From IMG/VR virus record IMGVR_UViG_2724679237_000005, positions 1 to 64,000 of that record: a DNA stretch of 64,000 nt. One strand, given 5' to 3'. This DNA is from a virus. Lineage: Duplodnaviria > Heunggongvirae > Uroviricota > Caudoviricetes. Position numbers and translations under genes: made by a program. Positions 8,984-16,669 of the stretch are shown here, piece by piece. Every line of letters starts with the position of its first letter. Within the stretch, counting starts at the first letter, position 1. Below the pieces are notes generated by a model. It did not search any database, was not told the DNA's origin, and saw only the letters and a program-made list of their open reading frames with translations.

Positions 8984-9008
8984 AGCGCCCACTATGGGCG
9001 CTTTTTTC
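8984..9008 (+). terminator. rho-independent terminator
   Basis: agcgccca-cta-tgggcgct followed by tttttt. It is the mirror copy of the hairpin at 8489-8507. Confidence 0.85.
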
Positions 9009-9028
9009 GTTTCCAATACTCCCACCAT

Positions 9029-9056
9029 AACGCGCCATCATTAGCGCGTTTTTTAT
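9029..9056 (+). terminator. second tandem terminator
   Basis: aacgcgc-catcatta-gcgcgtt followed by tttttt. Confidence 0.7.
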
Positions 9057-9468
9057 TGTCTTTAACTCACTCCAACAACATAAAAATAAGCGCCAAAATA
9101 ACGCCATAGACGCGCTTTTATATTATTGCCAGTACATACCCATTACTTAACACATTAACGCGCTTAAAACGCGTTATATTGCGCTATAGCGCATAGTTAA
9201 TCATTGGCTTTTAGTCTTGCTATGTGATCCGCGTTTAATTGTCGGCGCGGATCGGCATTTTGTTTTGTTCCGTATCCGCTCGCGTATTATGTGCGCGTGA
9301 TTTTTCACATAATCACACCACTTAATCACGTATATGATTACGCTACGAAAGAAATCTGGATGTCTCAGGCGACGAAAGTCAGCATAATTTTCCCCGCTCA
9401 CCTGTCCGACAACCGCTGGTTGGATTCCACCAGCTTCCCGATGTTTTTTCTACATAAAGGCGAATGCA

Positions 9469-9545
9469 GCCGTTTCCCGAAAAAATCCTGGCCGTTTCCC
9501 GTCGGCTCATGAATACGTTCCTCGCCGTCTCTGAAAATTTCCCTG
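9469..9545. repeat. 22-bp-periodic GCCGTTTCCC-type repeat array (minor copy)
   Basis: gccgtttcccg occurs at 9469 and 9491 (both perfect). Degenerate copies sit near 9513 (acgttcctcg) and 9535 (aatttccctg). All are in the same orientation as the array at 12600-12733. Confidence 0.5.
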
Positions 9546-9560
9546 CGGCAGCTGGTGGCT

Positions 9561-9586
9561 ATAGAGAAAGGGCCGTTTCTGGCCCT
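9561..9586 (-). terminator. rho-independent terminator of the 9595-10077 cassette
   Basis: On the minus strand, AGGGCC-agaaac-GGCCCT is followed by TTCTCTAT. Confidence 0.7.
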
Positions 9587-9594
9587 CTTCTCAG

Positions 9595-10077
9595 TTACAC
9601 GCCATCAAGGATGTGGATGCGGTTGCTTGCGTATACATTCAGCATAAAGTTAGCGCAAAACAGTTTCCATGTATCAACGCCAGCGGTATACGTAATGTTT
9701 TTGCATTTAATCGCATTGTTGGCGATCCGCATCCCCTGCGATACTGCTTCATCGTCGGAAAATTTGAACGACGATTGAGTTTTAATCCAGACAGAAATCT
9801 GCGTAGCGAACTCAATCAGCTTGGACTGGCAGAATCGCCCGGAGTGCACCGGAAAGACGAACGTTCCGAATCCAGAATTTACCACATACGCTTTCTCAAA
9901 TACCCGCGAGTAACGACGATTGCCAATGATGTCGCGTGCAATAATGCATTTTTCTTGTGCTGACAGTTCTACCGTCTCATTGTCGCGCCATGCACCAAGT
10001 ACTCGTTTTTCAATGTCAGAGAACGTTACAGCGATATTGCCATGTGCGGGTGCGTTTACAGTAGCGATAAAATTCAT
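9595..10077 (-). CDS. hypothetical protein
   Basis: 160-aa ORF with SD aaggaa and an A-type motif upstream. No motif recognised. Confidence 0.6.
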   Translation of the reverse strand: MNFIATVNAPAHGNIAVTFSDIEKRVLGAWRDNETVELSAQEKCIIARDIIGNRRYSRVFEKAYVVNSGFGTFVFPVHSGRFCQSKLIEFATQISVWIKTQSSFKFSDDEAVSQGMRIANNAIKCKNITYTAGVDTWKLFCANFMLNVYASNRIHILDGV

Positions 10078-10094
10078 GATTAATTCCTTATCGT

Positions 10095-10130
10095 AAATAA
10101 CAAATTGTTTTCTTGTTGGTGTTAATTATC
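10095..10130 (-). promoter_or_regulatory. A-type promoter/leader motif
   Basis: The plus strand reads aaataacaaattgttttcttgttggtgttaattatc. Palindromic core AACAAATTGTT. The minus strand carries a GATAAT -10-like hexamer. Confidence 0.55.
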
Positions 10131-10252
10131 GTTGTACGAATAAGGCGTCAAAGTGGAAAGTTGCGGTAGCCGGACGGGAACAGGTGGGTTTGTCGGTTGC
10201 CTGGAGGTAAGAGGTTGGTGTTTTTAGCCTGCGGGAAACAGGATGGTCATTT

Positions 10253-10276
10253 AAGGCCACCAATGCTGATGGCCTT
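10253..10276 (-). terminator. hairpin after the 10282-10425 ORF
   Basis: aaggcca-ccaatgctga-tggcctt. The U-tract is weak. Confidence 0.4.
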
Positions 10277-10281
10277 AATAA

Positions 10282-10425
10282 TTATCGACCGATTACGCTA
10301 AGGATCTTTTCCTCAACTGATTTGTTGTTGCGACTAAACTGCCTTGCGTATCTGATGACAGAAGAGGCGTTTTGCTTTCTGACCATCTCGGCTCTTTCCT
10401 TCAGGCGTTTCTTGAAATCGCCCAT
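10282..10425 (-). CDS. hypothetical 47-aa basic protein
   Basis: MGDFKKRLKERAEMVRKQNASSVIRYARQFSRNNKSVEEKILSVIGR. The start lies 2 nt after the upstream ORF's stop. It falls below the ORF-track cutoff. Confidence 0.35.
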   Translation of the reverse strand: MGDFKKRLKERAEMVRKQNASSVIRYARQFSRNNKSVEEKILSVIGR

Positions 10426-10427
10426 AT

Positions 10428-10802
10428 TTACCACCAGGCGCAGAAGGTCAGTCTGTTATTGTGAAAGTCGTGGTTCCTGATCAGGTCTTCCACAAGTTTT
10501 TTCAGCTTATCCACGTCATGCCAGTAACCTTCGTCGTACTCCTGACTGCCGAAGAAAAAACCTTCCCGAGTAGGCAAGTACTCTTCGCAATTGCTTTCGT
10601 TTATGTGCATCAAATGAGCTTTCAGAAGGCAAATGTCATTCATCGTTAATTCTAAAAGCTCACAATTTTCGACTTCACCTACGTTGCGCTCCATCCACCC
10701 AACGAGCGCATTGAACTTACGGAAGTAAGCAACCTGCTTTCTGGATGCCTCGTTATTCAGATCGTTTTTAGGCTGTGTCTCGATATAGATATCAAGTCCC
10801 AT
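10428..10802 (-). CDS. hypothetical protein
   Basis: ATG at 10802 (MGLDIYIETQ) follows the strong SD aaggaa. 124 aa. Confidence 0.6.
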   Translation of the reverse strand: MGLDIYIETQPKNDLNNEASRKQVAYFRKFNALVGWMERNVGEVENCELLELTMNDICLLKAHLMHINESNCEEYLPTREGFFFGSQEYDEGYWHDVDKLKKLVEDLIRNHDFHNNRLTFCAWW

Positions 10803-10857
10803 GATGGTTTCCTTATTAAGTTGCTTCAGTGAAATCATTTTCACAAATCAGATAAGG

Positions 10858-10888
10858 CAGAAAACAAATTGTTATCGGGCATAATAAA
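10858..10888 (-). promoter_or_regulatory. A-type promoter/leader motif
   Basis: cagaaaacaaattgttatcgggcataataaa. TATTAT on the minus strand. Confidence 0.5.
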
Positions 10889-10911
10889 ATGGCGCGGTTT
10901 GCGCGCCATTT
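10887..10911 (-). terminator. rho-independent terminator of the 10920-11315 cassette
   Basis: aaatggcgcg-gtttg-cgcgccattt is a 10-bp stem. Confidence 0.75.
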
Positions 10912-10919
10912 AAAGAGGA

Positions 10920-11315
10920 TTAAGCGAATACGCTTTCAGGGATTAAGGTGTCGGCAGGAATGCCAGAGGTAATGCGCAGACCGTACTGGCCAATCCAGGT
11001 GGTGCTGGTGTTCAGGCTGGAGGCGAATACGGTGTTAACCATATTCATCATGGTTTCAAACACCTCTTCATCAACCTGGCGGAAGTAGTTCTCGATTTTC
11101 AGCAGCAGCGGGTCAGTTGCATCGAGAATGGACTGGTATTGAGTCGCGTACTCGCCGCCGGAGGCATCACCTTTACGCACGATCGTACTGGCCTGGACTT
11201 CGGCACCAGTTTCGGTGTTGTACGTAACAACGGTGATTTTTGCCACATTCTTACCTTCGGCAGTTTCAGAGGCATAGTAAACATCAACTGTCAGTTTTTC
11301 GCGTTTAACGGTCAT
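10920..11315 (-). CDS. hypothetical protein
   Basis: ATG at 11315 (MTVKREKLTV) follows SD ggagag. 131 aa. Confidence 0.6.
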   Translation of the reverse strand: MTVKREKLTVDVYYASETAEGKNVAKITVVTYNTETGAEVQASTIVRKGDASGGEYATQYQSILDATDPLLLKIENYFRQVDEEVFETMMNMVNTVFASSLNTSTTWIGQYGLRITSGIPADTLIPESVFA

Positions 11316-11358
11316 TTCACTCTCCGTAGCGTATTGGTTATTTTTATATTCTATGATC

Positions 11359-11374
11359 GTAAGTATGTACTTAC
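11359..11374. promoter_or_regulatory. B-type operator inside a sigma70-like promoter
   Basis: gtaagtatgtacttac. The minus strand reads TTGTAA-17 nt-TAGAAT with the palindrome filling the spacer. Confidence 0.55.
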
Positions 11375-11383
11375 AATACAAAA

Positions 11384-11406
11384 AGCCCCGTAAGGATGGC
11401 GGGGCT
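11384..11406 (-). terminator. rho-independent terminator of the 11441-11752 cassette
   Basis: agccccg-taaggatgg-cggggct with TTTTGTATTG following on the minus strand. Confidence 0.75.
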
Positions 11407-11440
11407 GTCGTACTGTCGACTAATTACCACTTGCACATTA

Positions 11441-11752
11441 TCAGGCTATTGCCATCACTGATGCTCTCTGAATTTCTTGCTGGGCCACGCGGTTAACTTC
11501 CATCAAAGCCAGTTCGAGCTGATGTTCCGGCCACATTCTTTGAAATGCCACCCAGCCTTTTCCACGCTGGCGACGAACATTCATTACATAACGAGTAAAG
11601 GTGTTTTTATCGAAAGACACCGCTGTTTCACGGAACAGACGAATAGAGGTTCCATTGGCAACGATGTCCAGCAAAGTTAATTGAGCAACCAGTGCAGGCT
11701 TCTCTTTTCTCTTCTGGTCTTTGTCCAGACCAAGAACCAATGATTTTTTCAT
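11441..11752 (-). CDS. hypothetical protein
   Basis: ATG at 11752 (MKKSLVLGLD) follows SD ggag. 103 aa. Confidence 0.55.
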   Translation of the reverse strand: MKKSLVLGLDKDQKRKEKPALVAQLTLLDIVANGTSIRLFRETAVSFDKNTFTRYVMNVRRQRGKGWVAFQRMWPEHQLELALMEVNRVAQQEIQRASVMAIA

Positions 11753-11763
11753 CACAACTCCGT

Positions 11764-11797
11764 AAACAACTTGTTTTCTCAATGGCGTAAATAATAC
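11764..11797 (-). promoter_or_regulatory. A-type promoter/leader motif
   Basis: aaacaacttgttttctcaatggcgtaaataatacc. TATTAT on the minus strand. Confidence 0.5.
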
Positions 11798-11878
11798 CAG
11801 TAAGAAAACGGCTACAAAGCATATTGATCAGGTGCATAAGCGATACGCAGGTTCTTCCCTGCGGCTACAGATTAAGTT

Positions 11879-11898
11879 AAGCCAGCATTGCTGGCTTT
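11879..11898 (-). terminator. terminator of the 11906-12235 cassette
   Basis: aagccagc-att-gctggctt hairpin. Confidence 0.6.
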
Positions 11899-11905
11899 GA
11901 TTGGT

Positions 11906-12235
11906 TTACGCGAATACCTCAAGAAACTCCTGAACGTCCCAATGCTGGACAAGGTGAAGATAGACCTTAGAAATCACGTCATTCTCGCTATCGCATGTGA
12001 AGTAGTACTTCTGGCTGCGGTTGTATGTGTCCACACAAAATTCGCTCATATCCATAAAGTCAGCATCATCACCCAGGTCGCTAATCATCAAAGCAGGTGC
12101 ATCATCACGAGTCATCAGCTCCAGCACCCATCTTGAATTAATCAGAGTGGAAGACCAACCTTCCAGCTCATAAAACTGGTCAAACTCTTTTTGAGTCAAT
12201 TTCTTAATTTGGTTGATGTCGATATGTGCAAACAT
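11906..12235 (-). CDS. hypothetical acidic protein
   Basis: ATG at 12235 (MFAHIDINQ) follows SD aagga. 109 aa, Asp/Glu-rich (DLGDDADFMDMSEF). Confidence 0.55.
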   Translation of the reverse strand: MFAHIDINQIKKLTQKEFDQFYELEGWSSTLINSRWVLELMTRDDAPALMISDLGDDADFMDMSEFCVDTYNRSQKYYFTCDSENDVISKVYLHLVQHWDVQEFLEVFA

Positions 12236-12247
12236 AAAGCAATCCTT

Positions 12248-12280
12248 AAACAAGATGTTTTCTTAATGGTGTTATTATCG
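12248..12280 (-). promoter_or_regulatory. A-type promoter/leader motif
   Basis: aaacaagatgttttcttaatggtgttattatcg. GATAAT on the minus strand. Confidence 0.5.
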
Positions 12281-12599
12281 CAATAACGCACAGGCGAAAA
12301 AAGGATTTTATTCCGGTGAATGTGGTTTTGGCAGTGAGTTTTCAGGTTCAGTACAGAGTACACTTTTTACATTATTCTGATTTAGTGGCCGAAGATGGCT
12401 GGTGGGCAGAATAATCATCTCCCCGAAAACCTACTGAAATCGATTGTGACCCGTTGGCTGTCTGGCACAATTACGCTGTAACTGGGCATTCAGAGGGAAT
12501 CCAGCGGTAAGTAGGTTCGCCTTCACGTGAGCGCCTCTCTTCTTCCCGAACATTGCAGGTGGCCAGCCGCAACTCTCCCTCTCGCTATACCGGTACGCC

Positions 12600-12733
12600 G
12601 CCGTTCCTGAACCGGCATCGAGCCTTTTCCCGAAATCCACACAGGCAACTCGACCGTTTCCCTGAAAATCCCCAGCCGTTCCCCGAAGGCAACCCAGCCG
12701 TTTCTGTAGCGGGATGCAGCCTTTTCCCTGTAT
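12600..12733. repeat. iteron-like direct-repeat array, six copies of GCCGTTTCCC(t)GAA
   Basis: Copies start at 12600, 12622, 12653, 12675, 12698 and 12720, giving spacings of 22, 31, 22, 23 and 22 bp. All are in one orientation. The ORF-track ORFs crossing the array have no SD or start context. Confidence 0.65.
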
Positions 12734-12790
12734 GGACCGAAGGCTGACCGTAGGAGTGTTACGGGGGATAAAATCAGGAGTTGAATAAAT

Positions 12791-12817
12791 ACGAAAAAGG
12801 AGGCGACACCCCTCCTT
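12791..12817 (-). terminator. rho-independent terminator ending the C/A-rich transcript
   Basis: On the minus strand, aaGGAGG-ggtgtcg-CCTCCtt is followed by TTTTCGT. Confidence 0.65.
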
Positions 12818-13650
12818 CCCTCCCCACTTATACATACCTTGCTTCTTCGCTATACATGTTGTGTTTTCTTCGTGTTTTATCTGTCTCAACCTCTCTATAG
12901 GCGTTAATGCTTACTCCTTCCAGAAACTTCTATACGGCGACTATTTCTGTTGGTGAATTGGGTGTGTTGTTTTCTCTGTCGGTGTATGTGGTTTCGTTCG
13001 TTTTGCGGTGGTTCTTCTATGGGGTGTTCTCGTCGTTTTGGTGATTGTTCTTCTCCGTGTATGGAGTAATGGCAGGTGGGCGATTCCTTTCGTTATTGTG
13101 TTTGAGTTGTTTGTCTGGAGTGCGTGAAGGGCTTTTGTAGTTATTCGTGTATTGGGTAATGGCGTTTCCCGTGATTGTTATGTTTCGTGTCTTTTGGGAT
13201 TGAGAGAAACCTTGCGGTTACAGGCTTCGTTGGGGTTTCAGCGGTTCAGGTGTTTCTTCGCTGTTTGGGTAATGGCGTGTCGTGGGTATCGCGCGTATGA
13301 ATGTTTTCGGATTGCCTGTGAAAGTTAGGTTGGTTGTCCGGTAGCCTGGGGAGAAGAGGTGGGTCTTTTCGGTAGCCTGCCATAAAGAGGTTGGTTGTTT
13401 TGGGTAATGGCATATGTGTTATTTAGTTGTTTTGTTATGCCTGAAAATAAGTTGTTTATATGGTTGTGTAACGCAACGGGAGCGATTTTGAGCGTGTGTT
13501 TTTGTTGGTAGTGTGTTGAGTCGTCTGTAGTGAAAATTGGACGCTGTGGAGCTGTCTGCTGCGTAGGATTACGAGTATAAGAAGTGATGTGTGAAAACGT
13601 CAATTTTTTAGACCAAATCGGGTGAAGGCGTTGACGTTTCGTTGATCTGT
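12818..13650 (-). ncRNA. candidate ~0.85-kb non-coding transcript, C/A-rich and G/U-poor
   Basis: It is bounded by an A-type motif (13651-13683) and the terminator at 12791-12817. The only ORF (13325-13603) has a TTG start and a low-complexity Q/T/P/N product. The plus strand is strikingly G+T-rich. Confidence 0.3.
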
Positions 13651-13683
13651 TATTCAGTTGTTTTCTTATTGGTATAAATAACT
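13651..13683 (-). promoter_or_regulatory. A-type promoter/leader motif (half-palindrome) with no downstream ORF
   Basis: tattcagttgttttcttattggtataaataact. It keeps the CCAATAAGAAAAC leader, but the left half of the core is degenerate. Confidence 0.4.
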
Positions 13684-13795
13684 ATAACCTATTGATATTT
13701 AAGGATGTGATTGCGGGTATGGAGGGAGGGTAGTGGCGATCAACGGATTCTTATAGAAAAGAATCAAATTGTGACCGCCATTATCAACGGTTTGG

Positions 13796-13981
13796 TTAGA
13801 TGAGATGGTCTAATTCATCATCTATCATGGCTTTGACGCTGGAGTCATTCACTCCATATTTATTTATGAGCTGTTTCAGCTCTGGCGAAAACTGAAGGTA
13901 GATATCGTGAGCGTTTTTCACTGTAGGTTCAACGCCACGCATTTCAAGCGCCTTTAGTAGATATGAGTCTTCTTTAAGCAT
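13796..13981 (-). CDS. hypothetical small protein
   Basis: 61-aa ORF downstream of the 14018-14317 ORF. Confidence 0.45.
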   Translation of the reverse strand: MLKEDSYLLKALEMRGVEPTVKNAHDIYLQFSPELKQLINKYGVNDSSVKAMIDDELDHLI

Positions 13982-14017
13982 AAATTCTCCGTTATCTAGT
14001 ATGAAGCGATTGCCGGA

Positions 14018-14317
14018 TTACCATTGCCAGCACTCAAGCCCTTCAACGACCGGTGCGCCACAATCAAAATGTACAGAGTCAAAGCCTACATCAAGTACTT
14101 TCTGAATGTTCGCAATCGCGCCCTCGGATATACCATATCGACGCAACTCATCTTTCCAGTCATCGTCCTGTAACCCGGCGTGGACAATGCAACCGTACTC
14201 AATTTGTGAAACCCAATCCAGCTCATTGCTTGCGATCATGAATCGGCGAGCATCTTCCTCTGATGTATGAGATGAGCTGATCAATGCCACCTGGTAGGCT
14301 TGGGTAATGTTCAACAT
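14018..14317 (-). CDS. hypothetical protein
   Basis: ATG at 14317 (MLNITQAYQ) lies 8 nt after GGAG. 99 aa. Confidence 0.55.
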   Translation of the reverse strand: MLNITQAYQVALISSSHTSEEDARRFMIASNELDWVSQIEYGCIVHAGLQDDDWKDELRRYGISEGAIANIQKVLDVGFDSVHFDCGAPVVEGLECWQW

Positions 14318-14329
14318 TTCAACCACTCC

Positions 14330-14362
14330 AAAACAAGTTGTTTTCTTATGTGGTTTATTATC
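14330..14362 (-). promoter_or_regulatory. A-type promoter/leader motif
   Basis: aaaacaagttgttttcttatgtggtttattatc has a perfect 7-1-7 palindrome. GATAAT on the minus strand. Confidence 0.55.
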
Positions 14363-14379
14363 TCCATCAACAAAAGGCA

Positions 14380-14404
14380 GAAAACAAATTGTTTTAGGTA
14401 CTGT
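14380..14404 (-). promoter_or_regulatory. truncated A-type motif marking the left junction of the chromosomal-type insert
   Basis: aaggcagaaaacaaattgtt matches the copy at 10855-10875. The sequence then diverges and no -10 element follows. Confidence 0.45.
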
Positions 14405-14430
14405 GTAAATCAGAAGGGATTGTGTCTATA

Positions 14431-14459
14431 TGAAAATGCCCGGCGTGTTGCCGGGCATT
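14431..14459 (-). terminator. metG rho-independent terminator
   Basis: aatgcccggc-gtgtt-gccgggcatt with TTTTCA on the minus strand, 20 nt after the stop codon. Confidence 0.85.
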
Positions 14460-14478
14460 GCGAAGAGAGGTTGTTTAA

Positions 14479-16512
14479 TTACTTAACCTGGTGACCAGGT
14501 TTAGCACCAGCATCCGGGCTTAACAGGAAGATATCTTTCCCGCCGGGGCCAGCAGCCATCACCATGCCTTCAGAGATACCGAAGCGCATTTTACGCGGAG
14601 CCAGGTTAGCCACCATAATGGTGTGACGACCAATCAGTGCCTGTGGATCTGGATAAGCGGAACGGATGCCTGAGAAGACATTACGCTTTTCACCACCGAG
14701 ATCCAGCGTCAGGCGAAGCAGTTTGTCAGAACCTTCGACAAACTCCGCGTTTTCAATCAGCGCCACACGCAGGTCAACTTTGGCGAAGTCGTCAAAGGTG
14801 ATGGTTTCCTGAATCGGGTCGTCAGCCAGTGGGCCAGTTACCGGTGCAGCTGTGGCTTTCACTTCTTCTTTGGATGCTTCCACCAGTGCTTCCACCTGTT
14901 TCATATCGATACGGTTATACAGTGCCTTGAACGGATTCACTTTATGGCCCAGCAGCGGTTGCTGGATACCATCCCAGGTCAGTTCTGTATTCAGGAATGC
15001 TTCTGCACGTTCAGTCAGTTTCGGCAGTACCGGTTTCAGGTACGTCATCAGCACGCGGAACAGGTTAATGCCCATAGAGCAAATCGCCTGCAGATCGGCA
15101 TCGCGTCCTTCCTGCTTCGCCACCACCCACGGAGCCTGTTCATCGACATAGCGGTTAGCCAGATCAGCCAGCGCCATGATTTCACGAATCGCTTTACCAA
15201 ATTCGCGGCTTTCCCATGCTTCACCAATCACTTCAGCGGCATCAGTAAAGGTTTTGTACAGTTGCGGGTCAGCCAGTTCGCCTGCCAGCACACCGTCAAA
15301 ACGCTTATTGATAAAGCCCGCGTTACGGGACGCCAGATTCACCACTTTGTTCACGATATCGGCATTCACGCGCTGAACGAAATCCTCCAGGTTGAGATCG
15401 ATATCATCAATGCGCGAAGAGAGTTTCGCAGTGTAGTAGTAACGCAGGCTGTCAGCGTCAAAATGATTCAGCCAGGTGCTGGCTTTAATAAAGGTGCCGC
15501 GAGACTTGGACATCTTCGCACCGTTCACCGTCACATAGCCATGAACAAACAGGTTGGTCGGCTTGCGGAAGTTGCTGCCTTCCAGCATGGCAGGCCAGAA
15601 CAGGCTGTGGAAGTAAACGATATCTTTACCGATGAAGTGGTACAGCTCGGCGGTGGAATCTTTCTTCCAGTATTCATCGAAGCTTACGCTGTCGCCGCGC
15701 TTATCACACAGATTCTTGAAAGAGCCCATATAGCCAATCGGTGCGTCCAGCCAGACGTAGAAATATTTACCCGGCGCGTTCGGAATTTCAAAACCGAAGT
15801 AAGGTGCATCGCGGGAGATATCCCACTGTTGCAGACCAGATTCAAACCACTCCTGCATTTTGTTTGCCACCTGCTCCTGCAACGCACCGCTGCGGGTCCA
15901 TGCCTGCAACATTTCGCTGAAAGAGGGCAGATCAAAGAAGAAGTGTTCAGAATCACGCATTACCGGCGTAGCGCCAGAAACCACCGATTTCGGTTCGATC
16001 AATTCAGTCGGGCTATATGTTGCGCCGCAGACTTCACAGTTATCGCCATATTGATCAGGTGCTTTACATTTCGGGCAGGTGCCTTTCACAAAACGGTCCG
16101 GCAGGAACATGCCTTTTTCCGGGTCGTACAACTGAGAGATAGTGCGGTTTTTAATAAAACCGTTCTCTTTCAGGCGAGTATAGATAAGCTCAGACAACTG
16201 ACGGTTCTCTTCGCTGTGCGTCGAGTGATAGTTGTCATAGCTGATGTTAAAGCCTGCGAAATCAGTCTGGTGTTCCTGACTCATTTCGCCAATCATCTGC
16301 TCCGGTGTGATACCAAGTTGCTGTGCTTTCAGCATGATCGGCGTGCCGTGGGCATCGTCGGCACAGATGAAATTAACCTCGTGGCCGCGCATTCGTTGGT
16401 AACGAACCCAGACATCAGCCTGGATGTGCTCCAGCATATGGCCGAGGTGGATTGAGCCGTTAGCGTACGGCAGCGCGCACGTCACCAGAATTTTCTTCGC
16501 GACTTGGGTCAT
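14479..16512 (-). CDS. metG: methionine--tRNA ligase
   Basis: 677 aa from [25 protein letters not shown]. Carries the HLGH (HIGH-class) and KMSKS motifs, CPKC/CEVC zinc knuckles and a C-terminal Trbp111-like domain. It differs at only a handful of positions from E. coli MetG as I remember it. Confidence 0.97.
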   Translation of the reverse strand: MTQVAKKILVTCALPYANGSIHLGHMLEHIQADVWVRYQRMRGHEVNFICADDAHGTPIMLKAQQLGITPEQMIGEMSQEHQTDFAGFNISYDNYHSTHSEENRQLSELIYTRLKENGFIKNRTISQLYDPEKGMFLPDRFVKGTCPKCKAPDQYGDNCEVCGATYSPTELIEPKSVVSGATPVMRDSEHFFFDLPSFSEMLQAWTRSGALQEQVANKMQEWFESGLQQWDISRDAPYFGFEIPNAPGKYFYVWLDAPIGYMGSFKNLCDKRGDSVSFDEYWKKDSTAELYHFIGKDIVYFHSLFWPAMLEGSNFRKPTNLFVHGYVTVNGAKMSKSRGTFIKASTWLNHFDADSLRYYYTAKLSSRIDDIDLNLEDFVQRVNADIVNKVVNLASRNAGFINKRFDGVLAGELADPQLYKTFTDAAEVIGEAWESREFGKAIREIMALADLANRYVDEQAPWVVAKQEGRDADLQAICSMGINLFRVLMTYLKPVLPKLTERAEAFLNTELTWDGIQQPLLGHKVNPFKALYNRIDMKQVEALVEASKEEVKATAAPVTGPLADDPIQETITFDDFAKVDLRVALIENAEFVEGSDKLLRLTLDLGGEKRNVFSGIRSAYPDPQALIGRHTIMVANLAPRKMRFGISEGMVMAAGPGGKDIFLLSPDAGAKPGHQVK

Positions 16513-16669
16513 AGTAGGCATTACTTCTTTGTAGTGAAAAGGGGCTTGATAGTAACAAAATGGCCTTATGTCTGCCATGTGATAACAGCATTTCTCATAA
16601 ATGATTAAATGTCGTAGCTGGAGTACACTACAAGGCGACAATTGCGCAAATTAAAATAAAGGAGACGGG

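Noticed and set aside
9201-9401. 66-aa minus-strand ORF in the AT-rich non-coding stretch after the moron operon.
   Set aside because: It has no SD and a basic low-complexity product, and it lies among terminator-like GCGC hairpins. Support for calling it is insufficient.
12431-12889. 152-aa minus-strand ORF, with 12553-12747 (+) and 9464-9778 (+), covering the GCCGTTTCCC arrays.
   Set aside because: They read straight through the periodic repeats, giving a repetitive Gly/Arg/Pro-rich product. They lack an SD and one crosses an intrinsic terminator. The region is better explained as non-coding repeat DNA.
13325-13603. 92-aa ORF in the strand-asymmetric region.
   Set aside because: It has a TTG start, no SD, and a product that is low-complexity Q/T/P/N as dictated by the C/A-rich strand. 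I treat the locus as non-coding.
14944-16455. 503-aa plus-strand ORF, with several shorter ones, antisense to metG.
   Set aside because: These are shadow ORFs inside a gene whose minus-strand product is unmistakably MetRS. They have no start context and an Arg/His/Phe-rich composition typical of antisense frames. The same reasoning applies to antisense ORFs inside the adhesin, nrdA, dnaE, MTase, sbcC-like and VWA genes.
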